A stretch of 64,000 nt of DNA, from contig NC_057712.1 of assembly GCF_004010195.1 (NCBI RefSeq), positions 20,224,140 to 20,288,139 on the forward strand, written 5' to 3'. Below are positions 63,862 to 64,000 of this stretch, one piece after another. The notes beneath the pieces are model-generated. The model saw nothing but the letters and a program-made list of their open reading frames with translations, searched no databases and was not told the origin of the DNA. The position numbers were made by a program, and so were the translations under genes. Position 1 is the stretch's first letter; each line of letters opens with the position of its first letter. This DNA comes from Chiloscyllium plagiosum. Taxonomy: Eukaryota.

Positions 63862-64000
63862 ATTCTGGCATAGCACTGCAGCCTATGCTATTGCAACAGA
63901 AGTCAGTGGAAAACTAGAGAACCTGCCACCACCACATCATGAATTATACCAGTGGCCCCAGGATCTAATTCGACCGGATTTGGTGCTGTTGCTCACAGTT
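63862..64000 (+). CDS. CMPK2: CMPK2 exon 4 (partial, runs off the window)
   Basis: Acceptor TTCTAG| then (R)FWHSTAAYAIATEVSGKLENLPPPHHELYQWPQDLIRPDLVLLLTV. Confidence 0.95.

Overview
Eukaryotic vertebrate DNA, almost certainly a shark: the HE1-type SINEs and CR1/HER1-type LINEs suggest a carpet or bamboo shark. The window holds the antiviral viperin locus. RSAD2/viperin is complete on the minus strand (6 coding exons, 39990 to 29958, 347 aa). CMPK2 lies head-to-head with it on the plus strand (exons 1-3 plus the start of exon 4, 50061 to >64000). Each gene has its own interferon-type promoter: TATA, CRE-like and paired ISREs for RSAD2; two GAS sites and paired ISREs for CMPK2. A CpG island with a 44-bp minisatellite at about 22.1-23.5 kb is probably the promoter of the next gene (RNF144A by human synteny, not shown from this sequence). 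The rest is intronic or intergenic DNA rich in SINEs, CR1 fragments and LTR-like pieces. The most unusual feature is a set of at least four families of short, often palindromic, TSD-flanked insertions carrying minimal hammerhead-ribozyme cores of the Penelope-like type, several of them inside the two interferon-stimulated genes. Other notable items: an inverted minisatellite unit as filler at a LINE deletion breakpoint, a unique 106-bp direct duplication with microexon-like signals, donor-like exon starts in viperin, and an antisense solo LTR in CMPK2 intron 3. Most ORF-track entries are spurious or TE-derived.
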